A DNA stretch of 34,433 bases, taken from positions 1 to 34,433 of the forward strand of contig JAZLCF010000080.1 in the NCBI GenBank assembly GCA_045614105.1, in the 5' to 3' direction. Position 1 is the stretch's first letter, and each line of letters starts with the position of its first letter. This DNA comes from Alphaproteobacteria bacterium. Lineage in GTDB: Bacteria > Pseudomonadota > Alphaproteobacteria > CAAHEQ01 > UBA3637. Positions 1 to 10,100 of the stretch are shown one piece after another. The notes beneath the pieces were generated by a model. That model worked only from the letters and a program-made list of their open reading frames with translations, was not told the DNA's origin and searched no databases. Both the position numbers and the translations under genes were made by a program.

Positions 1-19
1 ACCGCTTGGCCTCCGACTT
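1..19. other. Sequencing adapter remnant (reverse complement of MGI/BGISEQ adapter AAGTCGGAGGCCAAGCGGT)
   Basis: Positions 1-19 ACCGCTTGGCCTCCGACTT are the exact reverse complement of the first 19 nt of the BGISEQ/MGI read adapter AAGTCGGAGGCCAAGCGGTCTTAGGAAGACAA. The mirror copy sits at the right end. Confidence 0.85.
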
Positions 20-1065
20 ACATCAATTCGCCGGTTCAGTTGGGCGTTGTCCTATATGAAAAACGAGCACTTTCTGGCGGCAAACGCGGGGCGAATGGCC
101 ATTGGGTGACGGATGTAAAAGCTCTGGAAAATTTGGCTGAACAAGGGGATGCTTTGGCAAAATTGGTTTTACAATATCGCTCCATCATGAAGTTAAAATC
201 CACCTATGTGGACGCATTTATAGAACTGATTCAGCAAGAACCACGCATTCACACAACTTTTTCTTTAACAGCAACTAACACAGGGCGTCTGGCCAGCTCT
301 AATCCCAACCTGCAAAACATTCCTGTCCGCACTGAAGAGGGCAAAGAAATTCGCCGCATTTTCATTGCCAAGCCTGGATACAAATTACTTTCCGCAGATT
401 ATTCTCAAATTGAACTACGCTTGATGGCCGAGGTGGCCAATGTGGCAAAATTAAAAGATTCCTTTATGAACAATGAAGATATTCATGCACGCACCGCAAG
501 TCAAGTCTTACACATTCCACTGGCGCAAATTACCGCCGATCAGCGTCGGCGCGCCAAGGCCATCAATTTTGGAATTATTTATGGCATTTCTGCCTTTGGC
601 TTAGCAGCGAATTTAGGTATTTCCAGAACAGAAGCCAAAGACTATATTGATACGTATTTTGCCGAATATCCTGAAATCAAAGAGTATATGACCAAAACCC
701 AACAATTTGCCGAGGCAAATGGCTATGTCACCACACCATTTGGACGCAAAATCTATATCACGGGGCTGGACAATCGCGCCACCAAAAACTTTGCTTTGCG
801 AGCGGCCATCAACGCCCCGATTCAAGGCGGCGCTGCTGACATTATTAAAATGGCCATGATTCGCGTGGATAAGGCTTTACAACAATCCAAATTGGACGCC
901 ACTTTATTGTTGCAAGTGCATGATGAGTTGGTCTTTGAAGTGGCCGATAAAGACGTGGATGCCGCCGCGAAATTGGTTAAAACTGCCATGGAGCAAGTGA
1001 TAGGACTTTCCCTGCCACTGATTGCGGAAGTCGGCATAGGCGATAATTGGAAGGACGCCCATTAA
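20..1065 (+). CDS. polA: DNA polymerase I, C-terminal polymerase domain (5' truncated by contig end)
   Basis: Frame 1 is open from the left edge (..YINSPVQLGVVLYEK..). Family A polymerase motifs are present: RRRAKAINFGIIYG (motif B) and LLLQVHDELVFEV (motif C). Stop at 1063-1065. Confidence 0.95.
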
Positions 1066-1066
1066 A

Positions 1067-1849
1067 ATGCGTTTAGACGTGGCCCTTGTTCAACAAAAGC
1101 TGATTGACACGCGCACAAAAGCAAAGGTGGCCATTGAAAAAGGCCTTGTTTTTTATGGGGGGCAAGCCGTCACAAAACCCAGCCAAGACATTCAAGAACC
1201 AGAAAAATTGGAAATACGGGGTACTTTGTGTCCTTATGTGTCGCGTGGTGGATTAAAATTAGAAAAAGCCCTGAACGAATTTAAAATCAACTTAAAAAAC
1301 ACCACTGTTCTAGATATAGGCTCGTCCACTGGCGGTTTTACAGATTGTGCCTTGCAACATGGCGCCAAGCAAGTGATTGCGGTTGATGTAGGTAAAGATC
1401 AGATGATTGAAAGTTTGCGCAAAAATCCTGATGTGATTTTGTATGAACAAACAGACTTTCGCGATATTGCAGTGGATAAAATTGCCCCCTGCTCCGTGGC
1501 TGTATCCGATGTCTCCTTTATTTCCATCATCAAGATGATTTCCAAATTGAAAGAAATGCCAACCCTCACCGATTTAATTTGTTTGATTAAACCACAATTT
1601 GAATGTGGCAAAGAAATTGCCGACAAATATCATGGCGTTATCAAAAACAAAAAAGTGCATGAGCAAGTTTTAAAACAGGTTTTAAGAACTTTTCAAGAAA
1701 ATGGTTTTTATCTTCAAAACCTGACTTTTTCGCCCATTCAAGGGGGCAGCGGCAACATTGAATATCTGGCTCATTTTATAAAAAACAAGTTCGATTTCAA
1801 ACCGGATTTGGTACAACTGATTGACGCCGCTTTTCACCAAGCCGCATAA
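1067..1849 (+). CDS. tlyA: TlyA-family rRNA 2'-O-methyltransferase (hemolysin A-like)
   Basis: 260 aa. S4-like N-terminus (MRLDVALVQQKLIDTRTKAK..) plus FtsJ-type SAM motif LDIGSSTGGFTD..VIAVDVG. Starts 1 nt after the polA stop. Confidence 0.85.
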   Translation: MRLDVALVQQKLIDTRTKAKVAIEKGLVFYGGQAVTKPSQDIQEPEKLEIRGTLCPYVSRGGLKLEKALNEFKINLKNTTVLDIGSSTGGFTDCALQHGAKQVIAVDVGKDQMIESLRKNPDVILYEQTDFRDIAVDKIAPCSVAVSDVSFISIIKMISKLKEMPTLTDLICLIKPQFECGKEIADKYHGVIKNKKVHEQVLKQVLRTFQENGFYLQNLTFSPIQGGSGNIEYLAHFIKNKFDFKPDLVQLIDAAFHQAA

Positions 1850-1910
1850 AAAACTTGCCTTTTTGATAAAAGCGTGCTAGCCTAAATCCATATTCAACAA
1901 AGGAGCTTTT

Positions 1911-2876
1911 ATGACAGATTTTTCAAAAATATCCGTAATTGGTTGTGGTCGCTGGGGTGGCTTTTTGGGGTGGTATGCTGCCACTTATAAAAAATCAGAT
2001 GTTTTGTTTTTGGGCGTACCTGGGGATCCCGCCTATGAATCTTTAATCAAAACAGGCTTTAATGGGTATTGTCAAATGCCTGAGAATGTATCCTACACCA
2101 CAGACATGGCCGAAACATTAAAAAATGATTTCATTATTGTGTCTATTGGTTGCCAAGGGTTCCGCGGACTATGCAAACAGCTGGCCGGCTATGATTTAAA
2201 AGGCAAAAAATTCTTGTTGGCTATGAAAGGTTTAGAGGCGGAATCTTCCAAGCGTATGACACAAATTTTTGCCGAGGAAATTACTGAGCCAGATGTGCAA
2301 GTGGCCGTCTTGGGTGGCCCAGGGCATCCGCAGGATTACCTAAAAGGCATTCCCAGCTGCGTCGTGGTCAGCTCAGCCGTTGAGGAAGCAAAATTAGCCA
2401 TTGCCGAATATATGAACAGCGAACTCATTCGCGCTTATTATGGCGCCGATTTAATCGGCAACGAAATTGCCGCCGCCTTAAAAAATGTGATTGGATTAGC
2501 CGCCGGCATTTTAGACGGCATGGGTTGGAGTTCCCTAAAAGGTGCTTTAATGGCGCGTGCCCCCGTTGAAGTGGGCCGCTTGATTGAATACTTTGGCGGG
2601 CAGGCCAAAACCGCTTATGGTTTAGCCCATTTAGGCGATTATGAAGCCACACTTTTTTCGCCGCATAGCCACAATCGCGCCTATGGGGAAGCATGGGCAA
2701 AAGGCGAAAAGTTTGAAAAACTGGCCGAGGGTGTCCCAACTTTAAAGGCTGTTTACGCTTTACGAGGCGAACTGGAAATTCCTTTGTGCACCGCCCTTTA
2801 TCATGTGATTTATGAGGGCGCCAATCCAAAAGAGGAGATTAAACAATTGTTCCATCGGCCCTTACGCACAGAGTGA
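1911..2876 (+). CDS. gpsA: NAD(P)H-dependent glycerol-3-phosphate dehydrogenase-like protein (divergent GpsA)
   Basis: 321 aa. Rossmann N-terminus ISVIGCGRWGG; central AAALKNVIGLAAGILDGMG..KGALMARAPVEVGRL resembles the GpsA substrate-binding region. AAGGAG RBS upstream. Confidence 0.7.
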   Translation: MTDFSKISVIGCGRWGGFLGWYAATYKKSDVLFLGVPGDPAYESLIKTGFNGYCQMPENVSYTTDMAETLKNDFIIVSIGCQGFRGLCKQLAGYDLKGKKFLLAMKGLEAESSKRMTQIFAEEITEPDVQVAVLGGPGHPQDYLKGIPSCVVVSSAVEEAKLAIAEYMNSELIRAYYGADLIGNEIAAALKNVIGLAAGILDGMGWSSLKGALMARAPVEVGRLIEYFGGQAKTAYGLAHLGDYEATLFSPHSHNRAYGEAWAKGEKFEKLAEGVPTLKAVYALRGELEIPLCTALYHVIYEGANPKEEIKQLFHRPLRTE

Positions 2877-2884
2877 CTTTTGCC

Positions 2885-2913
2885 TTGACTTTTGGGCAAA
2901 ATTTAAGTATAAT
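2885..2913 (+). promoter_or_regulatory. Near-perfect sigma70-type promoter TTGACT-N17-TATAAT for the SRP RNA
   Basis: TTGACT at 2885-2890, exact 17-nt spacer, TATAAT at 2908-2913. The predicted start (~2920) coincides with the 5' strand of the SRP RNA closing helix. Confidence 0.6.
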
Positions 2914-2917
2914 TATT

Positions 2918-3010
2918 CCCGCAAAGGTGTGGACGTTGACTTTGGGTCAGCGGGTCAGGTTCGGAAGAAAGCAGCCCAACCTTTTGATCTCGGGTCATAC
3001 CTTTGCACCC
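2918..3010 (+). ncRNA. ffs: Signal recognition particle RNA (small bacterial 4.5S type)
   Basis: Conserved helix-8 motif GGTCAGGTTCGGAAGAAAGCAGCC (2953-2976) with a GGAA tetraloop. Closing helix GCAAAGGTGTG (2921-2931) pairs with CATACCTTTGC (2996-3006). Classic position immediately upstream of dnaX. The ends are approximate. Confidence 0.8.
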
Positions 3011-3026
3011 TAACAAAAGGATTAAA

Positions 3027-4679
3027 ATGCCTACACAATCGCAGGTTTTAGCACGCAAATATCGTCCTCAGATTTTTGATGACTTGATTGGACAAGAAAC
3101 CCTTGTGCGCACGATTACGAATGCTATTTCCCAAAATCGTTTGGCGCAGGCCTATATGCTGACGGGTATTCGTGGTGTTGGGAAAACGACCTCTGCTCGT
3201 ATTATTGCAAAAGGGCTCAATTGCATTGGTGAAGATGGCAAAGGTGAGATGACACCAAATCCCTGCGGCAAATGCAAACACTGCCTAGATATTATGAATG
3301 ATTCGCACATTGATGTGATTGAAATTGACGCGGCCAGTAATACAGGTGTTGATAATGTGCGCGAAATTATTGAAGGAGCAAAATACAATCCCGTTTCGGC
3401 TCGTTATAAAATTTATATCATTGATGAAGTCCATATGTTGTCTAAAGCCGCCTTTAATGCGCTGTTGAAAACATTAGAAGAACCACCAGAACGTGTGAAA
3501 TTTATTTTTGCCACAACGGAAATTCGCAAAGTCCCCGTCACGATTTTGTCTCGCTGCCAACGCTTTGATTTAAAAAGAATTGAGGTCAAGACATTGGTCC
3601 AATATCTGACGACTATTTGCCAAAAAGAAGGAAAGCAATTTTCTGAAGAAGCCCTGCATCTTATTGCCAAAGCAGGGGATGGTTCTGTACGTGATTCTCT
3701 GTCTTTATTGGATCAAGCGATAACACAGCAGTCTTCCAATCCTAGCATTGATGAGGTGCGTCAAATGCTGGGGGTCGCAGACAAATCCAACCTGATCCAA
3801 CTGTATCAGTCCATTTTAAAGACCGATATGACACAGGCTTTTGAATTGATCAATCAACAATACACGGCTGGTACTAATATTTTAAATTTAGCTCAAGATA
3901 TGTTGGATTTAACTTATCAAGTCACCTGTTTGAAAACAGTCCCCAAACTAACAACTTTATTAGATTTTACACAAGACGAACAAAAAATTTTAAAAGAAAT
4001 GGCACAAACGGCCTCCATTCATACCTTGACAGCCAACTGGCAAATTTTGATGAAAGGTATTCCTGAAATCCGTTTAGCCTCTGCACCTTTACAAGCGCTG
4101 GAAATGTTGGCAATTCAAATGGCATACTTATCTGATATAGGCACTCCAGAACAATTGTTGTCTGAGATTAAAAACCAACAGGCAAATGCATCTAATACAC
4201 GCCCAGAAAAACTCCCCCAATCACAAGCAAGCAATTCCGTTTGTCCACCAAAAACGGACACATCAGCCCCTCAGATTTGCTTTCAAAACATTCAGGAATT
4301 AGTGGAATTTACACGCCAAAAAGGTGAACGCATTTTAGCCTTTAACTTGGAAAATTTTATGCGTCCTATTTCTTTTAGCTCTGGGGTGATTACCTGTTCT
4401 TTTGCTCCAAATACTCCTGCTAATTTTATGGTTAATCTAAGAAAATTTTTACACGATCAAACGGGTTCAGATTGGCAAATCAAAACGGAAAAAGACGGGG
4501 GGCAACCCACTATCAAGGAACAAAAAGAAAACTCTAAACAGCAGTTGATAAATGAAGTCAAAAAAGATCCAACCGTTGCCACTTTGGAGAAATTATTTGC
4601 AGGCGCCAAAATTGAAAAAATAAAACCTCTTAGCTACGAAGAAGAAGCCTCAGATGGCGCGACAGACGAAGAGACATAA
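3027..4679 (+). CDS. dnaX: DNA polymerase III subunit gamma/tau
   Basis: Walker A GIRGVGKTT, Zn module CGKCKHC, Walker B IIDEVHML, sensor SRCQRF. ATG at 3027 preceded by AAAGGA. The ORF-track TTG start at 3003 would overlap the SRP RNA. Confidence 0.93.
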   Translation: MPTQSQVLARKYRPQIFDDLIGQETLVRTITNAISQNRLAQAYMLTGIRGVGKTTSARIIAKGLNCIGEDGKGEMTPNPCGKCKHCLDIMNDSHIDVIEIDAASNTGVDNVREIIEGAKYNPVSARYKIYIIDEVHMLSKAAFNALLKTLEEPPERVKFIFATTEIRKVPVTILSRCQRFDLKRIEVKTLVQYLTTICQKEGKQFSEEALHLIAKAGDGSVRDSLSLLDQAITQQSSNPSIDEVRQMLGVADKSNLIQLYQSILKTDMTQAFELINQQYTAGTNILNLAQDMLDLTYQVTCLKTVPKLTTLLDFTQDEQKILKEMAQTASIHTLTANWQILMKGIPEIRLASAPLQALEMLAIQMAYLSDIGTPEQLLSEIKNQQANASNTRPEKLPQSQASNSVCPPKTDTSAPQICFQNIQELVEFTRQKGERILAFNLENFMRPISFSSGVITCSFAPNTPANFMVNLRKFLHDQTGSDWQIKTEKDGGQPTIKEQKENSKQQLINEVKKDPTVATLEKLFAGAKIEKIKPLSYEEEASDGATDEET

Positions 4680-4686
4680 AAACTGC

Positions 4687-4715
4687 TTGCAATTCCAACA
4701 GGCTCTTGATAGAAT
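4687..4715 (+). promoter_or_regulatory. Putative sigma70 promoter TTGCAA-N17-TAGAAT
   Basis: TTGCAA at 4687-4692, 17-nt spacer, TAGAAT at 4710-4715, about 25 nt upstream of the ABC transporter ATG. Confidence 0.4.
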
Positions 4716-4739
4716 GATTTATCAACTAAAGGAAGAAAA

Positions 4740-6518
4740 ATGTTTCGCAAACTTAAAAATATGAACTTTGTTGTCAATTATAAACGCATGTGGCCTTTTG
4801 TTCGGCCTTTTTGGTTTCGTGCGATACTCAGTCTTATTATTACGATTCCAATCGGATCCTTGGACGCTGTTATTGCCTTAGCGCTTAAACCCTTTATGGA
4901 TACAGTTGTCATTGAACAAAATGGGGCAACTCCATGGAATCTACCCCTTTACATCATTCCTATTTTAATTATTGGTTTTACCGTTGTACAAGGTATCCTA
5001 GAATACGGTTCGGCTTATTTAAACACGTGGGTTGGTGGAAAAATTACACAAGAATTACAACGCAAACTTTATGCCAAATTAATGCAAATGGAGCAAACTT
5101 TTTTTGATTCCAGAACATCTGGCGAGTTAGCACAACGCTTTCACGCAGATCCTGGCACAGCTTGTGCTGGTTTGCTCACAAATTTAAAAACATTTACAAC
5201 ACGCATTTTTTCGTCCATTACTTTAATTGGTGTTCTATTTTATACTTCGTGGCAACTCGCCATCATTGCTATTGTTGTTTTAGGTGGGGCTTTATGGCCT
5301 TTAGCAGGCATTCGTCGACGTATCAAAGACGTTGTAAAAAAATCAGTAGCCGTCGGTGCCGCAAGTTTTACTATTTTCAATGAAACACATGCTGGTGCTA
5401 AAACGATTGCCTCGTACAATTTACAAGAATATAAGCGTCGTCAATTTGGAGAAATTCTGCGTCAAGGTTTCAGATTAAGCATTAAAAACACTCAACGTAC
5501 GGCTTGGCTATCTCCCATGATGCACATCGTGATTTCTGTTGGAATTGCGGGGGCAATTTGGTATGGCTCGTATTTGATTACTTCAAAGCAAATGACAGCA
5601 GGTGATTTTGTAGCGTTTATGACCTCAATGCTGATGCTCTATACCCCCATTAAGAATATTGGAAAAAACTTCACACAAGTTCAATTTTCTTTTATGGCCA
5701 TTGAACGCGTTTTTGCCATATTGGATTATGACGTACCTATTAAAGATAAAAAGGATGCGGTGGAAATGCACACGATAAGACACAATATCGTTTTCCATGA
5801 TGTCTCCTTTGAATACAAGCCTCATACCCCCATTTTGAAGCACATCAATCTAACGATTGAAAAAGGTAAGACAGTGGCTTTTGTTGGTAATTCTGGGGGG
5901 GGAAAGAGCACGATTGTCAGTTTGATTCCACGTTTTTATGATGTTAAATCAGGATCTATCACCATTGATGAGACAGATGTACGTGATTTTACTCTACACT
6001 CTCTCAGGCAAAACATTGGCATGGTGTTTCAGGATAATTTTTTATTTTCTGGCACTATTCGGGACAACATTTTGCTGGGTAAATTTAATGCAACAGAAGC
6101 TGAAATCAACCGCGCAGTGAAATCTGCCTGTTTAGAAGAATTTATCCACGACCTGGAAAATGGTTTGGACACCCCTATTGGAGAACGTGGCACTTTGCTT
6201 TCAGGTGGTCAACGTCAACGTGTCGCCATTGCACGTGCCTTTTTGAAAGATGCGCCCATCGTCATTTTAGATGAAGCCACCTCTGCTTTAGATAACAAAT
6301 CCGAGGGCATTGTCCAACAGGCCATTGATAACCTGATGCAAGACAGAACAGTTCTCGTGATTGCACACCGTTTATCCACTATTCAAAATGCAGATAAAAT
6401 TGTTGTGATCAATGAGGGTGAGATTGTGGAAGAAGGCACACATGATCAACTTTTGCAAAAAAATGGCGCCTATGCAGCCCTTTATAATGCCCAATTTAAG
6501 AAAAAGGCAATCAGCTAA
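4740..6518 (+). CDS. ABC transporter, fused permease/ATP-binding protein (MsbA/lipid exporter-like)
   Basis: 592 aa. N-terminal 6-TM ABC exporter domain; NBD with Walker A GNSGGGKST, signature LSGGQRQR and Walker B IVILDEATSALD. Confidence 0.9.
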   Translation: MFRKLKNMNFVVNYKRMWPFVRPFWFRAILSLIITIPIGSLDAVIALALKPFMDTVVIEQNGATPWNLPLYIIPILIIGFTVVQGILEYGSAYLNTWVGGKITQELQRKLYAKLMQMEQTFFDSRTSGELAQRFHADPGTACAGLLTNLKTFTTRIFSSITLIGVLFYTSWQLAIIAIVVLGGALWPLAGIRRRIKDVVKKSVAVGAASFTIFNETHAGAKTIASYNLQEYKRRQFGEILRQGFRLSIKNTQRTAWLSPMMHIVISVGIAGAIWYGSYLITSKQMTAGDFVAFMTSMLMLYTPIKNIGKNFTQVQFSFMAIERVFAILDYDVPIKDKKDAVEMHTIRHNIVFHDVSFEYKPHTPILKHINLTIEKGKTVAFVGNSGGGKSTIVSLIPRFYDVKSGSITIDETDVRDFTLHSLRQNIGMVFQDNFLFSGTIRDNILLGKFNATEAEINRAVKSACLEEFIHDLENGLDTPIGERGTLLSGGQRQRVAIARAFLKDAPIVILDEATSALDNKSEGIVQQAIDNLMQDRTVLVIAHRLSTIQNADKIVVINEGEIVEEGTHDQLLQKNGAYAALYNAQFKKKAIS

Positions 6519-6577
6519 AATACATACAATTTTGAACGAATAAGCCAGAAAACTCTTTTCTTTTTTATTTTTTTAAG

Positions 6578-6606
6578 TTGCATTTTTAAACACGCTTTTA
6601 TATAAT
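6578..6606 (+). promoter_or_regulatory. Putative sigma70 promoter TTGCAT-N17-TATAAT
   Basis: TTGCAT at 6578-6583, 17-nt spacer, TATAAT at 6601-6606, directly in front of the Cys-rich ORF. Confidence 0.45.
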
Positions 6607-6611
6607 CGTTT

Positions 6612-7046
6612 TTGGATCAGGTGAATAATAGCTGTTATCTTGTAGGAACAAACCAACCTCATGGCAGAGGCATTCATGGTAACTGTGAATGTAAAAACAT
6701 GAAAAACAATCAATGTCTTTGTCCAGAAAATACGATGTGGAGTACGTCATGGCAACGATGTGAGGCATGCACGAATAGGGATACTTGGAGGGCAACAACA
6801 GAAATATATAAGCATAGTTGCTTGGAACAGATGTATTACTTGGATAGTGGAAGCTTATATGGCTGTCTTTCTTCTCCTAATACAGGTTCAGAAGCATCTG
6901 GTGCCGATGAGTTATCTTGCAAAGAATGCAAAAACAGTGAAGGCGTAAAGAATCGTTGTTTTGATGCGAACAACGACAATACCTGCCGCTTGGTTGGCAA
7001 TGGGTATGCTAGAGATAGTGAAGGCAACTGTGTCAGTACACAATAG
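6612..7046 (+). CDS. Hypothetical cysteine-rich protein (14 Cys in 144 aa; start codon uncertain, TTG 6612 / GTG 6621 / ATG 6699)
   Basis: Long ORF in an otherwise non-coding gap. CxC and CxxC pairs and a repeated C-x-LVG-x(8-12)-GNC unit. No recognisable Sec signal. Own promoter-like element. Confidence 0.5.
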   Translation: MDQVNNSCYLVGTNQPHGRGIHGNCECKNMKNNQCLCPENTMWSTSWQRCEACTNRDTWRATTEIYKHSCLEQMYYLDSGSLYGCLSSPNTGSEASGADELSCKECKNSEGVKNRCFDANNDNTCRLVGNGYARDSEGNCVSTQ

Positions 7047-7058
7047 TCCTTTTTTCAC

Positions 7059-7087
7059 TTGATTTTTGGCCTAAAATTTGGTATGCT
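7059..7087 (+). promoter_or_regulatory. Putative sigma70 promoter TTGATT-N17-TATGCT
   Basis: TTGATT at 7059-7064, 17-nt spacer, TATGCT at 7082-7087, upstream of dnaE. Confidence 0.4.
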
Positions 7088-7110
7088 TGCGGGCAAATAA
7101 AGGATGCCTG

Positions 7111-10100
7111 ATGTTAGAGCCAAAATTCATCCATTTACATGTGCATACTGCCTACTCATTGCTGGAAGGCGCGATTAAAATGCCGAAGTTAGCGGCGTGG
7201 GCAAAAGAGCACAAAATGCCAGCGATTGCCGCCACAGACACAGGCAACATTTGTGGGGCGATGGCAATGATGCATGAGATGCCACCGTTGGGTATTCAAC
7301 CGATTTTGGGCACACAGTTATTGGTCAAATCCCCGAAAAAAAACAAAAACCAATTTTCAGATGAAGCGGACACCTTTGATAAAGTGGTGTTTTTGGTGCA
7401 AAATGAAGCGGGATACAAAAACCTCCTCAAATACTTTTCCAAATACTATATGGACAAGACAAAACAAGGCACGCCGCACCTAACCTTTGACGAAATTTTG
7501 GAACATACAGAAGGACTGTTGTTGTTGACTGGTGGGGTGGAGGGTTTATTGGGCCGCCCGTTATTAGCTGGACAAAAAGAGTGGGCCGAAAAGATTACCG
7601 AAAAATTACAAGCGGCGTATCCGAATCGGTTGTATATTGAATTACAACGCCACGGCACCGAGCAAGAACAAGCCACCGAACAAGGCTTTATTGATTTGGC
7701 GTATAAATGCAATATTCCACTTGTGGCCACCAATGATGCCTATTTTTTAACGCCAGATATGTACGAAGCGCATGATGCATTATTGTGTATTGCAGATAAA
7801 ACTTTTGTAGCAGAGCAAAATCGCCGTCGTGTGACACCCGAACATTATTTGAAAACCGAGGAGGAAATGTGCACGCTGTTTGCCGATATTCCCGAGGCAT
7901 TACAAAATACTGTACAAATTGCGAAACGTTGTGCGTTTATGGCCGAAAAGAAAAAACCAGCCTTCCCGAACTTTGATTGTAAAGGCAAAACAGAAGATGA
8001 AGTGTTGGCTGAAATGGCCGAAAAAGGCTTTAAAGAGCGTATGAAAGGCCGTTCGCCCGAAGAACAAGAAAAATATCACAAACAGATGGAATTTGAGCTG
8101 GGCGTGATTAAGCAAATGGGCTTTCCAGGGTACTTTTTAATTGTGGCGGATTTTATTCAATGGTCCAAAGCTCATGGAGTTCCTGTTGGCCCCGGACGTG
8201 GATCAGGCGCTGGTTCGGTTGTGGCCTGGTGTTTGACAATCACAGATATTGACCCCATGCGTTTTGATTTAGTGTTTGAGAGATTCTTGAATCCAGAACG
8301 TGTGAATATGCCCGATATTGACGTGGATTTTTGTCAGGAAAAACGCGAAAAAACCATTGAATATGTGCAAAATCATTATGGCTTTGATCATGTGGCACAA
8401 ATCATTACCTTTGGTAAATTGCAGGCAAAAGCCGTGATTCGTGATGTGGGACGCGTACTTCAGATTCCTTATCCTGTAGTGGACAGACTGTCTAAACTGA
8501 TTCCAGCCGACCCAAAAATGACGCTGGAAAAAGCATTTGATCAAGAACCTAAAATCAAAGAGGAAATTGAAAAAGATGAAGCGGTGAAATACCTGTTTGA
8601 AATTGCCGTAAAATTGGAAGGGCTGTATCGCAACACTTCCACACACGCGGCGGGCGTTGTGATTGGCAATAAACCGTTGGACGAGATTGTCCCCGTTTAT
8701 AAAGACCCCTCCTCTGATATGCCGGTCACACAGTACGATATGAAATATGTGGAAGAGGCAAGTTTAATCAAGTTTGACTTTCTGGGTTTAAAGACTTTGA
8801 CCACCATTAAAAAGGCCATTGAACTCATCAACAAACGCGGCATTGAGGTGGATATTGACCACATTCCATTGGATGATGAGGAAACTTTTAAATTGTTGCG
8901 CAGAGCCGATACAACGGGTGTGTTCCAATTGGAATCAACAGGTATGAAAAAAATCTTGCACGATATGCAACCTGATAAAATTGAAGATATCGTCGCTTTG
9001 GTATCGCTGTATCGGCCGGGCCCAATGGATTCAATTCCAACCTATATTAAAGTGAAAAAAGGCGAGGAAAAACCCGATTATATGCACCCGATGTTAGAGC
9101 CGATTTTAAAGGAAACTTACGGCATTATGATTTATCAAGAACAGGTGATGCAAATTTCCCGTGTAATGGCCGATTTTACTTTGGGTGGCGCGGATTTATT
9201 ACGCCGGATTATGGGCAAGAAAAAGGCCGAGTTATTACCGCCTGAACGCGAAAAATTTATTAAGGGAGCCAAGGCCAAAGGCGTGGATGAAAAAGTGGCC
9301 AATGCTGTGTTTGATAAAATGGCCAAGTTTGCTGAATATGGCTTCAATAAAGCCCATGCAGCGGCATATGCCTTTATTGCCTATCAAACAGCATATTTAA
9401 AGGCACACTATCCTGTGGAATTTATGGCCGCCACGATGACGCTAGATAAAATCAACACGGACAAGTTGGCCTTTTTCAAAAACGATTTACACCAAAATGG
9501 ATTCAAAGTTTTGCCCCCAGACATCAACAAATCCGAGGTGGATTTTACCGTAGAAGATGGCGCTGTCAGATATGCCCTTTCTGCCGTTAAAAATGTGGGC
9601 GAAGATGGTATGAAAATGGTGGTAGAAGAACGAAATAAAAATGGCCTTTTTAAATCTATGGAGAACTTTTTACAACGTGTAGATGTCAAAGCTCTGAATA
9701 AACGCTATGTGGAAAATTTGGCAAAGTCGGGGGCATTTGAATGCTTGGAACCAAATCGTGCCTACCTATTCAATAATGTGGAAAAAATGGTGGCCTATGC
9801 CGCAGATCAAACAGCCACCAAAAATAGTGCACAGATGGGATTGTTTGGGGCGGATACTTCGGCAAACAAACTAAAACTGGACAAATGTCCAGAATGGCCC
9901 CAAATGGAAAAATTGGAACACGAAAAAGAGGCATTAGGCTTTTATTTATCCGCTCACCCACTGGATTCTTTCCAAGCGGTATTGGAGCGTATGCGCGTGG
10001 TGGATTACGCGGATATCCCCGCTATGGTAAAAGCGACAGGCGTCTTCAGAGGCAAGATTGCCGGCGTTGTTGCCAATGTGCGCGAACGAATCAGTCAAAA

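Noticed and set aside
2812-3051. 79-aa ORF spanning the gpsA end and the gpsA-dnaX gap
   Set aside because: It overlaps the gpsA 3' end and the SRP RNA with its promoter, and has no RBS.
4560-4566. AAAAAAG heptamer in dnaX as a programmed -1 frameshift site producing gamma
   Set aside because: The heptamer is in the wrong register (zero-frame codons are AAA AAA GAT). It also sits at codon ~512 of 550, far too close to the C-terminus to generate a gamma-like product.
5895-5902. G8 homopolymer as a possible phase-variation tract in the ABC transporter
   Set aside because: It encodes the Walker A glycines (GNSGGGKST) and the frame is intact. Coding constraint explains it, although it is a possible sequencing-error hotspot.
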